Source: Candidatus Woesearchaeota archaeon | GTDB taxonomy: Archaea; Nanobdellota; Nanobdellia; Pacearchaeales; GW2011-AR1 | DNA length: 37,451 nucleotides | Direction of reading: 5' to 3' | Assembly: GCA_964518625.1 (NCBI GenBank) | Contig: CAZFHC010000005.1 | Location: 1-37,451, forward strand | Shown: in pieces, positions 11,501 through 19,577 of the stretch | Layout: the number at the start of each line of letters is the position of its first letter | Position numbering within the stretch: the first letter of the stretch is position 1 | Position numbers and translations under genes: made by a program | Notes under the pieces: generated by a model | What the model was told of the DNA's origin: nothing | The model's database searches: none | Seen by the model: only the letters and a program-made list of their open reading frames with translations

Positions 11501-12157
11501 TTCCGTTGGCATATACTGCAAATTAGAAACTTTACTATTATAATCAACACACTCCACATAATATCTACTAATCTCATCATTCGTTGCAACATATCTACTA
11601 TAACCAAAAGACTCTCTCAAATAATCAACTAACATTAAAAAAACACAAGTCGCAGTCGTTCCAGCACTTCTAATCGGACCAGAAAATTTAATATTAAAAT
11701 ATTCGCTACCCTTCTTATCTTTAAAAATAGTCAAACCGGTATAACCTTCAAGAGGACTAGCTACGACACCAAGAGTTAAATATGAAAAACCTATCCTCAA
11801 ACCAACGTCTATCCCTATAGTTTTATTATCAAATTTACAGAATTTCTCTTCAGCAACTTCTTTGGCTATAACAAAACTAACAGTAGAATCTAATTTACCA
11901 TATTGACCTTCTAATTCTATTATTCTCTTACTAATAGCATTAACGGGCAAAAAAGGATACATTGTATCAATTAAACTTACACATTTCTCAGCCATAGACA
12001 TAGCAAGCGGACTTTCAACTAGTTCACTAAAATCAATTCCTCTTTTCTTTGCAAGATTAGCTATGTCATAACTTTTTCTAATATTTGCATCTAATTCACT
12101 AAAATATTTTTCCTCATCCCATAACATAATTTCATCACTCATTTTATAAAACTCCAC
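5504..12157 (-). CDS. polC-dnaE: Fusion of DNA polymerase D large subunit (DP2, aa ~1-1100) and bacterial-type DNA polymerase III alpha subunit (DnaE, aa ~1180-2217)
   Basis: DP2 motifs: GPIRSAGTT, RIRGG, GGFRFRYG, IGARMGRPEKAK, KDGTIRYD, APHNCAG, RRDCDGDE, C-terminal CxxC...CxxC. DnaE motifs: HLHLHTEYSFLDG, GPGRGSGAGS, FERFLNPDR, PDFDVDF, KFDFLGL, GVFQLES, YRPGP, FNKSHAAAY, OB-fold TKNGEDMAF. One uninterrupted frame. Confidence 0.95.
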   Translation of the reverse strand: MEFYKMSDEIMLWDEEKYFSELDANIRKSYDIANLAKKRGIDFSELVESPLAMSMAEKCVSLIDTMYPFLPVNAISKRIIELEGQYGKLDSTVSFVIAKEVAEEKFCKFDNKTIGIDVGLRIGFSYLTLGVVASPLEGYTGLTIFKDKKGSEYFNIKFSGPIRSAGTTATCVFLMLVDYLRESFGYSRYVATNDEISRYYVECVDYNSKVSNLQYMPTEEELTFLAKNLPIQIDGDPTEAIEVSNFKNLERVKENRIRGGVCLVLAEGLAQKAAKGLHRLNGVKKNGIESNGWNFLVEYLLIHSKTEHLNSVGATYIKDLVAGRPVYGYPSRSGGFRFRYGKSRNSGFSSVAISPATMGVSDDFLSHGTQLKLEKPIKGAIITSCDKIDGPIVKLKDGSVKKLNSYDESLKYKDKVSEIIYLGDILCSLGDVKDRNSDLLKPGYVEEWWSLELQKKIDVVEEKVEYDKWKIDFNFAVELSRKYSVPLHPKYIFYWNEIKLKDFKSLLNWLKKGIWRGDESKKFVLPWGQETKLNYLDAKRTLELIGVEHNIVLDNVVLEQTEGLALFYNVGVEKIKNDGSVRDDVNNLISKIDDDKKVLENINIFSNFVIKDKSGDFIGARMGRPEKAKLRKQTGNPNGLFSVKNGGRQNDVFESANSDEELKNVVNNAMEKLGYNYENFKSIVKGVKEKKNDNVNEYIGKGILRSKYNLSVNKDGTIRYDGTEIPLTHFKPKEIGVSLEKLIELGYNRDILGKELVDINQILELRPHDIVLAACSNGPDEKANDVFFNIANFIDEELDKIYGGNKFYNFKTKEDLIGQLVVCMAPHNCAGVVGRIIGFSNIQGIMASPYMHAAIRRDCDGDEMAVMMLMDVLLNFSRSYLPSHRGASQDAPLVLNGRIFAGEVDDQILEYDVDWNYPLNLYEFAEQRKHSSEIENDNIKNRLKEKISPFVGIGFTHDSDDFNVGVSNGSYKSLPTMKEKVDGQMRLVEKIRAVDSDDVARMIIEKHFMKDIRGNLQKFFRQQFRCSSCNEKYRRPPLSGVCKKCGSKLLLTISYGSIKKYLQMALDLAEKYNISEYTKDSLFLLKDYIENLFGVEKQLSLNEGINVPEEEVEQKENIIIKTNLFNNKDVEDTKNIKEVIKEVVKEGVVVKKEKYFDINNNLQTKEIIKEKNTKKIEKRDGFVHLHLHTEYSFLDGAIKVKDLFNRVKELGMDSVAITEHGNMESMINKYKEAKKAGVKLIFGTEFYIVNDLTVKDKTEKRGHLVLLAKNEVGLKNLIKLNSIAACHGFYYRPRIDLKVLKDYSDGLICTSACLANDIARAIVDDDLELAKKRMNAYLDIFGKEDFYLEVHNHNIPEEKKVRDIYYRWADEMGLKLVAACDAHYLLKEDKRAHEVMLCIQTNGNMDDPNHFHFNGDGYYVLSEDEMKEKFSDRLDAVYNSVEIAERCNVDWKFGETVWPKYDAPGNMNHEEYMGKLCFEKLEKVYGEDVLYEDAKKRLEYELSVIKKMGFSTYFLIVQDFIAYAKTQCQVGPGRGSGAGSIVAYLLGITQLEPLHLGLLFERFLNPDRISLPDFDVDFGDRDVVINYVKRKYGDDKIALIGTYGSMSAKSVLKDVMRVFNIPFNVANEVTKYVGEKTIQKSLDSKDDKGKLTNNKLLDFKEGYPEIFEIAMKLEGGVRHKGVHACGVVWGEDSITEYIPVCEKDGFIVAQADGHEIEARGLVKFDFLGLETLNITKKILDFIGKDNEWLENIPLDDTSVYEMLGKGDSVGVFQLESSGMQKTLTSIGPTCFDDIIAIVALYRPGPMQYLQVYADRKHGREKTSYPHPWAKEILNPTYGIMVYQEQVMQLAQKLAGFTMAEADTLRKAIGKKILELMNSLEKKFKDGCLNVAKMEQTDIDKLWEDIVKFASYSFNKSHAAAYALIAYRTAYLKKYYPVEFMASTISSNTNDPEKMSFYLEQSRKMGIKILGPDINYSVENFNVEKIAKRKFIRFGLSGIKNVGHGAMDSILANRPYESFQKFVDSVDLTKVNKRVMRNLIGVGCFDNFGCGRGELLATYDGVKKKKGSPGKQMTLFGKNEPEIVVESELSLRDKIELERELMGVCISCNPVDLYIEAKSPLLNSYDSLKNGEEVSLFGVVKMYKKIRTKNGEDMAFLTIGNRDKECDCVIFPKVFEEFKTSLDLKDGDGIVVVGRYNESEERGNSIFLNEITMARIVK

Positions 12158-12262
12158 ATATATAAAATAAAAAAATTCTTTAAATATATTCTTATATAGT
12201 AATACCTACTGTTTAAAAGAACCTTTCATTTTTACAATTTATAAGTATTTTTTCTATTCATT

Positions 12263-13774
12263 CTATTCAAATCTAACACTATCATCACTAAAATCCAATA
12301 TTTTAATTTCTCTTGTCTTCAAGTTTAATAAAGGAACTTTGCAAGAATCAGGAATAATTCCTTTTTTGTCTAAGAATTTGGTGTTTTTTACCCAACAAGA
12401 TCCATTAATTAAAACAATATTGTCTTTCATACCTACTTCACACCTGTGTAAACTTCCACTAAAAACAACATTTGGTACCTCATCTATTATAAGCGAACTA
12501 TTATCATCAGGAATAATGTCAACTTTCCCATAACCAGGAGATAATTGTCTTTTATCTAATAATTCTTTTAACATATTGTTAGGAGATGAAAATCCATATT
12601 TATTTTTTATAAAATCATTTTCATTAATTAAATTATATAAATTTGCTCCATGATATGATAAAATTTTTATTTTTCCTTCAATTGTAATCATTGAAGGATT
12701 ATTAACAAAATTAATGTTTTCTTTATCATACAACTCAGGGAGATATTTTGCAGATATTTTATTTTGAGGCTCTCCAAACCAAATAGCATCTCTACTCCCC
12801 GGAGAAATGACTATTTTTAAATCATCTCTAAATAATTTAAATAATTCTTGAACTTTTTTATATTGACCAGACATATTCTTTATATTAAGATCACTCTCTT
12901 GACCTAAGTAATGACCAACACCTTCAACTAAATCTCCACCAACAAACAAATATTTCACATTCTTCGATATTTGGTTATATATTTGATTATCTTTCCCATT
13001 TATCCATTTTATAAATTTTAAAAATTTATTTTCCATAAAATTGATTGAACCACAATGTAAATCACTAATAAAAGCCACCCAACAATCATCTTCTAATCTT
13101 ATATCATTAACTTTCAATTTTGAAAAAATAATATCATTACAAAAAAACAGGTCACCAGAATTACTCCCTCTAAATACAACAACATCATCAAGTATTAATT
13201 TTTCTCCAATTTCAAAAATATACTTATTATTCTTATTTACTATTATATTTATATTACCAGTTATATCTTCTATATTTAATAATAAATTCTTGTTTTTTGT
13301 ATATTTCTTACTAAAAACAGATCCTATAACGGTAAAATTACTATTTTTACCTATTTTTCTAATACTAGTAATATCATCATAATCTTTCTCCAATAAAATA
13401 TCCTTTATTTTATTATACTTCTGTCTAAAATCACTTATAAAATCATTTACACCATATATTCTAGGATTACTAGATAAATTATTTAATACTGAGATAACAC
13501 CTTCATTCTTTTTAACTTCTTTAATGTCTTTCTTTTTATTTTCATAAAAGATATCATCTCCTACATTTCCTATAGCTTTTTTTATACTATTAATATTTTT
13601 ATAAAATATTTTTTCAGTTATTACTCTTTCATTTAATTTTAAATTAGCAATAACATCAACTATTTTTTGAGCCTTATCCATTTCTAGTTTATTAAACAAT
13701 TTTAAAACTTCTTTATCTAATAAAAAGCCCTTCTTCATACATTCCTTTAAAATTAAATTAACCATCTTAGTCAT
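12263..13774 (-). CDS. polB: DNA polymerase D small subunit DP1 (exonuclease motifs degenerate)
   Basis: OB fold plus calcineurin-like phosphoesterase (SDLHCGS, GDLVEG, PGSRD, YHG, GSLH, NGSCW); lies between cdc6 and DP2. Confidence 0.92.
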   Translation of the reverse strand: MTKMVNLILKECMKKGFLLDKEVLKLFNKLEMDKAQKIVDVIANLKLNERVITEKIFYKNINSIKKAIGNVGDDIFYENKKKDIKEVKKNEGVISVLNNLSSNPRIYGVNDFISDFRQKYNKIKDILLEKDYDDITSIRKIGKNSNFTVIGSVFSKKYTKNKNLLLNIEDITGNINIIVNKNNKYIFEIGEKLILDDVVVFRGSNSGDLFFCNDIIFSKLKVNDIRLEDDCWVAFISDLHCGSINFMENKFLKFIKWINGKDNQIYNQISKNVKYLFVGGDLVEGVGHYLGQESDLNIKNMSGQYKKVQELFKLFRDDLKIVISPGSRDAIWFGEPQNKISAKYLPELYDKENINFVNNPSMITIEGKIKILSYHGANLYNLINENDFIKNKYGFSSPNNMLKELLDKRQLSPGYGKVDIIPDDNSSLIIDEVPNVVFSGSLHRCEVGMKDNIVLINGSCWVKNTKFLDKKGIIPDSCKVPLLNLKTREIKILDFSDDSVRFE

Positions 13775-13817
13775 ATAAAACTCATTTTCTTTTATATAAA
13801 TTATCGTAATGGAATCT

Positions 13818-15032
13818 TTAAATTCCCAACATATCTATTAAATTATTCTCTATTTTTTGAAAAACACCATCAGGTACACTTAATCTTATATCACGAGTTC
13901 TACCATGTCTTCCTTTACTAATAACTTTAACATTAATTATGCCCATCATGTCCAAATCTGCTAATATATCACTTATTCTTCTTTGAGTTAAACTATCGTT
14001 TTTAGTCTGAATACATAAATCTTGATATATATTATAAACATCTCCAGTATAAAATTTGTCTATATTTCCCTTTTTCTGCTCTTTAGTTAATTGAATAATA
14101 GAATATAATATTAATTTATGTTGTTTTGGATATGTTTCTACTATATCTAAAACCTTATCTTTTTCTATCTTTTGATTTGCTAAATCAATATAATCTTCTT
14201 CCACTATTTCTTTTCTATCTCTTTCGGAAAGTTCTCCTGCTATTCTTAATAAATCTAAAGCCCTTCTAGCGTCGCCATGTTCTCTAGCAGCATAAGCAGC
14301 ACATTTAGCAATAACACCATCACTAATAACATTTTCTTTAAATGCTAATTTACACCTATCATTTAATATATCTTGTAATTGTATTGCATTATATGGAGGA
14401 AAAATAAATTCTTCTTCTCCTAAACTACTTCTAACTCTAGGATCTATATTTTCTAAAAAAGTGACATCATTACTTATTCCTATTATAGAAATTTGAACAT
14501 TTTCTAATTCTTGGTTTAACCTAGTCATAGAATATAAAAAATTATCACTCATTTTTTTAACTACTTGATCTATTTCATCAAAAATAAAAACAATTAATTG
14601 TTTTTTCTTATCTATTATTTCTATAAATTTATTCCATACCTTATCAGTAGGTAATCCAGTTGCAGGAACACTACCACCCATTTTATAAATTAAGGCAGCT
14701 AAAATTCTATATTCTGTATCAGCAACTTTTCTTAACTTACAATTAATATATTCAAACCTTATATTTACACTTAATTCCTCGGCTTTCTTTGTTAATTCTT
14801 CACAAACATAATCAACAGATAATGTTTTTCCAGTACCTGTTTTTCCATAAATAAATAAATTACTTGGTCTTTCACCTCTTAATGAAGAAGCTAAAATACT
14901 GGCTATAGATTTTATTTGAATATCTCTATGTGGTATATTCTCGGGATTATGTTTTACTTGAAGAACACTTTTATTATTAAATAAACTATTATTTATAGCA
15001 CTATTAAATATATCATTTAGTTCAACTCCCAT
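13818..15032 (-). CDS. cdc6: Orc1/Cdc6 replication initiator
   Basis: Walker A GKTGTGKT, Walker B FDEID, GDARRALDLLR, C-terminal wH domain (SKGRHGRTR). Confidence 0.96.
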   Translation of the reverse strand: MGVELNDIFNSAINNSLFNNKSVLQVKHNPENIPHRDIQIKSIASILASSLRGERPSNLFIYGKTGTGKTLSVDYVCEELTKKAEELSVNIRFEYINCKLRKVADTEYRILAALIYKMGGSVPATGLPTDKVWNKFIEIIDKKKQLIVFIFDEIDQVVKKMSDNFLYSMTRLNQELENVQISIIGISNDVTFLENIDPRVRSSLGEEEFIFPPYNAIQLQDILNDRCKLAFKENVISDGVIAKCAAYAAREHGDARRALDLLRIAGELSERDRKEIVEEDYIDLANQKIEKDKVLDIVETYPKQHKLILYSIIQLTKEQKKGNIDKFYTGDVYNIYQDLCIQTKNDSLTQRRISDILADLDMMGIINVKVISKGRHGRTRDIRLSVPDGVFQKIENNLIDMLGI

Positions 15033-15099
15033 TTTCACTTTTTATAATAAATTATACTATTTAAACTTTCATATACATGAAGAGATAGATGTATATACC

Positions 15100-15395
15100 A
15101 ATACTTCATATGGAAAATAATAACTAATAATTAATTTAAATTATTAATTATTATTAATTTTACCTATATAAAATAATCTATTTATAATTACTCCTACCCC
15201 TTTATTTCCTCTCCAAAAGAAATTACATTTAGGTTTTTTTAAAAAAATATAATAAATAATATATAGATTATAATATAAGATAATATATAATATATAATAT
15301 ATAATATAAATATTTATAAATAAAATATATAAAATATTTAAAAAAATAATTTATTTATTTACTATATAGTTCCAAGTGAAATGATAGGGTGAGAG
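15100..15395. other. Chromosomal replication origin (oriC): inverted ORB-like boxes flanking an AT-rich unwinding element
   Basis: Upstream of cdc6. ORB-like TTGGAGAGGAAATAAAGGGGT on minus (15196..15216) and GTTCCAAGTGAAATGATAGGGT on plus (15369..15390); mini-ORB-like TTCATATGGAAA (15105..15116); nearly pure A/T tract with TAATATA repeats (~15240-15365). Gene orientation diverges here. Confidence 0.85.
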
Positions 15396-15492
15396 TGTAA
15401 AAATTTTTATATAATAAAAAATTAAAGCATCTATATTAGAATATATCATTGAATACACAAACATTTATAAAATATTTTAATCTTCATAAAAT

Positions 15493-15747
15493 ATGGAAAA
15501 AAGACCATTTAAATCATTTTTAGGGAAACAAGTTGTAACGAAAGAAGGAAAAAAATTAGGATTAGTAAAAGATATTACATTTGAAGCTAGAACAGGTGAA
15601 TTAATACATTTAGTAATAAAAGATTTAACAACTTATACAGCAAATTTATCATTAGAAAAGACTAAAGAGAAAGAAGCATTAATACCTTATAACTCTGTAA
15701 TTGCAGTAGGTGATTTTATTGTAGTTTCTGAAGAAGATTTAATGTAG
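15493..15747 (+). CDS. PRC-barrel domain protein
   Basis: LGKQVVTKEGKKLGLVKDITFEARTGEL...IPYNSVIAVGDFIVV pattern. Confidence 0.85.
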   Translation: MEKRPFKSFLGKQVVTKEGKKLGLVKDITFEARTGELIHLVIKDLTTYTANLSLEKTKEKEALIPYNSVIAVGDFIVVSEEDLM

Positions 15748-15791
15748 AAAATTACAATAAAACTTAAAAACCCTTAATATTCAAGTATATC

Positions 15792-16199
15792 ATGGCAATA
15801 AAATTATTAGGTTCAAAATTTACGAAAGTATCTGCATTTAGAGATCCAGAATTTAGTGGAACTCTTAATATGAATCAAAATATTAATATTAAAAAAATAG
15901 ATAAATATAAATCTGAATTTTCAAAACAAGAGAGTTTGAAAATTAATTATTCTTATATTATTGATTATAAAGAATTAGGAAAGATAGAAATAGAAGGAAT
16001 TTTATTTATTGGTGGAGATAATAAACTTCAAAAAGAGTTGTTAAAAAATTGGACAGATAAAAATTATAATACACCAGAACAGGTTGCAATAATGAATTTA
16101 ATTATACAAAAAGCCTCAGTAAAAGCTTTAGTATTAGAAGAGGAGTTATCATTACCAGTACATTTTAAGTTACCTTCTTTACAACCAAAGAAAGAATAA
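15792..16199 (+). CDS. Hypothetical protein (possibly SecB-like beta/alpha topology)
   Basis: Clean 135-aa ORF with beta-strand periodicity followed by helices and a C-terminal LPxxxxLP; the fold call is tentative. Confidence 0.55.
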   Translation: MAIKLLGSKFTKVSAFRDPEFSGTLNMNQNINIKKIDKYKSEFSKQESLKINYSYIIDYKELGKIEIEGILFIGGDNKLQKELLKNWTDKNYNTPEQVAIMNLIIQKASVKALVLEEELSLPVHFKLPSLQPKKE

Positions 16200-16237
16200 T
16201 TCTAAATATATATAAAAGAGTGTAATTAATATTAATT

Positions 16238-16507
16238 ATGCCTAAAATATCAGATTCTAAAAAAAAGAAAATATCAGAACAAATATTATATTATTTATTT
16301 TCTCAATTTCCTAAACAAGTTTTTACAGTAGAAGTTGCGGTAGAATTAGCAAGAGATGAGGAATTTATGAAGAAAATGTTATTAGATATGGAAAAAAAGG
16401 GATTAATAGTAAAAATAACAAAAAACTCAGAAGGAATCAATTATATAAGAAGAATAAGATGGAGAATTTCAAATAGTGCTTATAGTATATATAAAGAAAT
16501 GCAATAA
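16238..16507 (+). CDS. Small winged-helix DNA-binding protein
   Basis: FTVEVAVELARDEEFMKKMLLDMEKKGLIVK HTH/wing pattern. Confidence 0.7.
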   Translation: MPKISDSKKKKISEQILYYLFSQFPKQVFTVEVAVELARDEEFMKKMLLDMEKKGLIVKITKNSEGINYIRRIRWRISNSAYSIYKEMQ

Positions 16508-16566
16508 TCAAAAAACATACAATAAATTATAACTATAATTATAAATAAGTTTTAATATAATTTATT

Positions 16567-17334
16567 ATGGATTTGATAAAAGAGGCCTTTAGTAAGATAA
16601 AAAATGATATAATCATACTAAAAGATGAAATAGAATCTATCAAATCTAATCAATTAAAATCAGATGAAATAATAGAACAGATAAAATTGTTAAGCAAAAA
16701 AATAGAATCATTTAATAAAATAACGATTCCAACACAAGATTTTTTTATTCCCACACATAATCCAACAATTCCAACACAAAACATATCATTTCCCACACAT
16801 AATCCAACAATTCCAACACAAAATAATATAGTTATATCAAAAATAAATACATTAGAGGGTCTAAAAGACCAAAAAACTAATTTTTCCATAAGAAACGATG
16901 GGGTTCCAACAAACAAACCAACACTTAATCAAACAAACCAACAAACAGAAATAACGACTAATTCTAATAATAATTACATACAGGGAGAGATTTCTACCTC
17001 TTTTGAAAAAGCTAACGAAATACTAACTTCTTTAGATGATATTAAAAAAGACATAAGAAGAACATTCAAGCAACTAACAACACAAGAAATGTTAGTATTC
17101 TCTATAATATATGGATATGTAGAAAAAAACGTAGAAGAGATAACTTATAGAATAATAGCAGAAAAATTAAAGTTAAGTGAATCATCCATACGAGACTATA
17201 CTAATCGATTGATAAAAAAAGGAATTCCTATAGAAAAAAGACGTTTAAACAATAAAAGAATAGTATTAACTGTATCAAAAACATTATTAGAAGTAACAAA
17301 TTTGAATACAATAAAAAAATTAAGAGCAATTTAA
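16567..17334 (+). CDS. Coiled-coil, low-complexity repeat linker and C-terminal wHTH protein
   Basis: N-terminal heptads; PT-rich repeats; LTTQEMLVF...ITYRIIAEKLKLSESSIRDYTNRLIKKGIPI. Confidence 0.75.
   Translation: MDLIKEAFSKIKNDIIILKDEIESIKSNQLKSDEIIEQIKLLSKKIESFNKITIPTQDFFIPTHNPTIPTQNISFPTHNPTIPTQNNIVISKINTLEGLKDQKTNFSIRNDGVPTNKPTLNQTNQQTEITTNSNNNYIQGEISTSFEKANEILTSLDDIKKDIRRTFKQLTTQEMLVFSIIYGYVEKNVEEITYRIIAEKLKLSESSIRDYTNRLIKKGIPIEKRRLNNKRIVLTVSKTLLEVTNLNTIKKLRAI
16749..16823 (+). repeat. Intragenic tandem repeat, 42-bp period
   Basis: ttcccacacataatccaacaattccaacacaaaa occurs twice, encoding PTHNPTIPTQN twice. Confidence 0.85.
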
Positions 17335-17616
17335 TACAGATATAGATATTCGCTTTAACGAATAAATATAAGAAGGGAATATTATCAATCTTTTATAATA
17401 CATCTTTTTTATGTTATCGTCGCTGTTTTTATAAATATAAATCAAACTTTTTGACAAGAAGAAGCCATAAAATAATTTAATCAAACTTTTTGAAAGATTA
17501 TAATATGTCTCACTTTATTTATAAAATAAAGAATAATTATTTATATCTCACTTTTACAACAAAAAATGTCTAGTTTTATACCATTTTTTGACAATTTAAC
17601 TCTCACTTTTCGAGTT

Positions 17617-18210
17617 TTAACGTCCTTTTTGATTTTTTATCTTAATTTTAATACTTTTTGTAATAAAATCTTTCATTTTTTGACTAATAAACACCCTTTT
17701 TTTACCAGAAGGCTCAGTAAACTCATCAATAATACTAGGAATCTTCTGTTTTATTGTATTTATTTGACCTCTAATAGTGCTTTTACTTTTTCCAAACATG
17801 CTAGAAAGATCTTCATAACTCAATTTTAAATCGCTATTAATCAATGCAAAGATAATGGCTCTCTCCATTACTGTTAATTTAGATAAATCATTTGTTTGAA
17901 CAGCCGTTTGGACAACTGTTCGCCTAGAATTAGATGCTGTTTGAAAATTAGGCATCGTTTGGACAGATTCAAACACATCATGACCATTTCCTGAACCAAA
18001 AAAAGAGACATTAGCTTTTAGTTCTTCTAATTCAGATGTTAAAGAATTAAAACTAGAAGTCATATTTTTTAAATCTATTTCATTCTTTTTCGTTTTATCG
18101 TCGAAAACACCAATCCATTTTCCAACTTTTGAAAAATCATTTTTAACATTTTCAAAGGATTCTTCTATGTCCTTTTTTAACTGATCTAACCTCTTTTTTT
18201 GACCAAACAT
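17617..18210 (-). CDS. Coiled-coil, VQT-repeat linker and C-terminal wHTH protein
   Basis: LTVMERAIIFAL...LSYEDLSSMFGKSKSTIRGQINTIKQK; same layout as 16567..17334; ATG at 18210 preferred. Confidence 0.75.
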   Translation of the reverse strand: MFGQKKRLDQLKKDIEESFENVKNDFSKVGKWIGVFDDKTKKNEIDLKNMTSSFNSLTSELEELKANVSFFGSGNGHDVFESVQTMPNFQTASNSRRTVVQTAVQTNDLSKLTVMERAIIFALINSDLKLSYEDLSSMFGKSKSTIRGQINTIKQKIPSIIDEFTEPSGKKRVFISQKMKDFITKSIKIKIKNQKGR

Positions 18211-18506
18211 CTTAACACTTAAAACAAACACCTGTTTATAAATCTTTCTGGTTGTTTAAACAGCAAACAGAAAAGAAACGGCTGTCTATGTATTAATAAA
18301 AAGAATATTTATCTTTATTTTTTTTATTTTCTTTTATCGTCGAAGAAAGAACATAAAATAATACTCTATATTTCATTTGATACTATAATAAACAGTTGTT
18401 TAAATTGCGTCCAAACATGTTTGTGTTTTATCTTTATGTTTAAACGCGTTTTAAACAAGTTAATAAGTTAGATAAAACTTAAAAAGAAAAAGAACGTTGG
18501 ACTATT

Positions 18507-18803
18507 ATGAAATTCAAACAACGAATAACATATTCTTTTATTATATCAACAACAGCATTATTAATTAGTTTTTTATTTCCATTCGTCCCATGTAGAAAAG
18601 CACCGAACGTTCCAAATCCAATATACAAATGGACCTTATGTACCCTAAATTATGACACAATAATAAATTCAAATTCTATAGTAGAGTATTTTGGTTATAC
18701 AATCAAATTGAATAATGCAGTATATATTTTAACAATTTTGATATTTATTCTTACATACTTAATCCTGACAATTTTTGGAAAGTTTAGTAAAAAAAAGAAA
18801 TAG
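18507..18803 (+). CDS. Small membrane protein, two transmembrane helices
   Basis: Two hydrophobic segments around a loop with two Cys, and a basic tail. Confidence 0.6.
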   Translation: MKFKQRITYSFIISTTALLISFLFPFVPCRKAPNVPNPIYKWTLCTLNYDTIINSNSIVEYFGYTIKLNNAVYILTILIFILTYLILTIFGKFSKKKK

Positions 18804-19476
18804 AAGCAGAAGTTAACTAAGTATTTCTATTAAATAAAAATAAAATTAAGACCAGATCATAAAACATCTTCTAAGTAACAAAACAATAATAATTAGAATT
18901 AATAAAAACGAATACCAGAACCAATACAATCTTATAAAAGAACATTTAATTATATAAATTAAGGAAGATAAAGACTTAACAATAAACAATAATAAACTAT
19001 AAATCAAAATTTAAAAATGGAGTAACTCTGTTAAAGCATTAAATAATTATAAGAAAACAGAAATTCAATATAAAGTGTTTTATGATAAATATATAATGGA
19101 AATAAACTTAAAATTTACTTTTATATTGAAGAATTTATAACAAAAGAAACAGATCAAAGTAAAAAGTTCGTGAATAAAAAAATAAATTTAAACAAAACAT
19201 CACCAGAAATAGAAAAAAAGATTAAATAGAAGAACGCTGAACTTTAAGATACAATATTAAAAAATAGCAAAGATATTGTTAATTTTAAAAATAATAATTA
19301 TTTAAAAAAAAGACTAATTCAGCCTGTTCACTTTCTTAACCTTAGTAAAAAGACATTGATAAAATAAAAAAAGTAAAAAAATTTTTTAACAAACAAAGTA
19401 AACAGCTGTTTTTTTTATTTTTGGATAGCTATCGATAAAACCCACAAAAACCACAAAAAACCATAAAAAACAAGAT

Positions 19477-19504
19477 AGTTCGTACAATATACATTGTGTG
19501 AAGT
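19477..19504. other. dif-like Xer recombination site (11-6-11)
   Basis: AGTTCGTACAA-TATACA-TTGTGTGAAGT: imperfect inverted arms and a 6-bp spacer (TGTATA on minus, the E. coli dif spacer); about 1 kb upstream of xerA. Confidence 0.75.
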
Positions 19505-19577
19505 TCTTACATTATAAAACGAACGGAAATAGCCCGTTCTAACAAAAATATATATATGCGAACGGATTTAAAATGGA

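Noticed and set aside
5504..12157. Intein explaining the unusual length of the polymerase ORF
   Set aside because: The usual insertion points (DP2 RRDCDGDE, DnaE YSFNKSH) are uninterrupted and I see no splicing or LAGLIDADG motifs; the extra length is DnaE.
16700..16950. CRISPR array or attachment repeats
   Set aside because: The repeats are short, in frame within a CDS and lack unique spacers; no cas genes in the window.
18804..19470. Hidden gene or RNA gene in the long AT-rich gap
   Set aside because: No ORF of 60 aa or more in the track, and I found no GC-rich stem typical of a structural RNA; a decayed pseudogene cannot be excluded.
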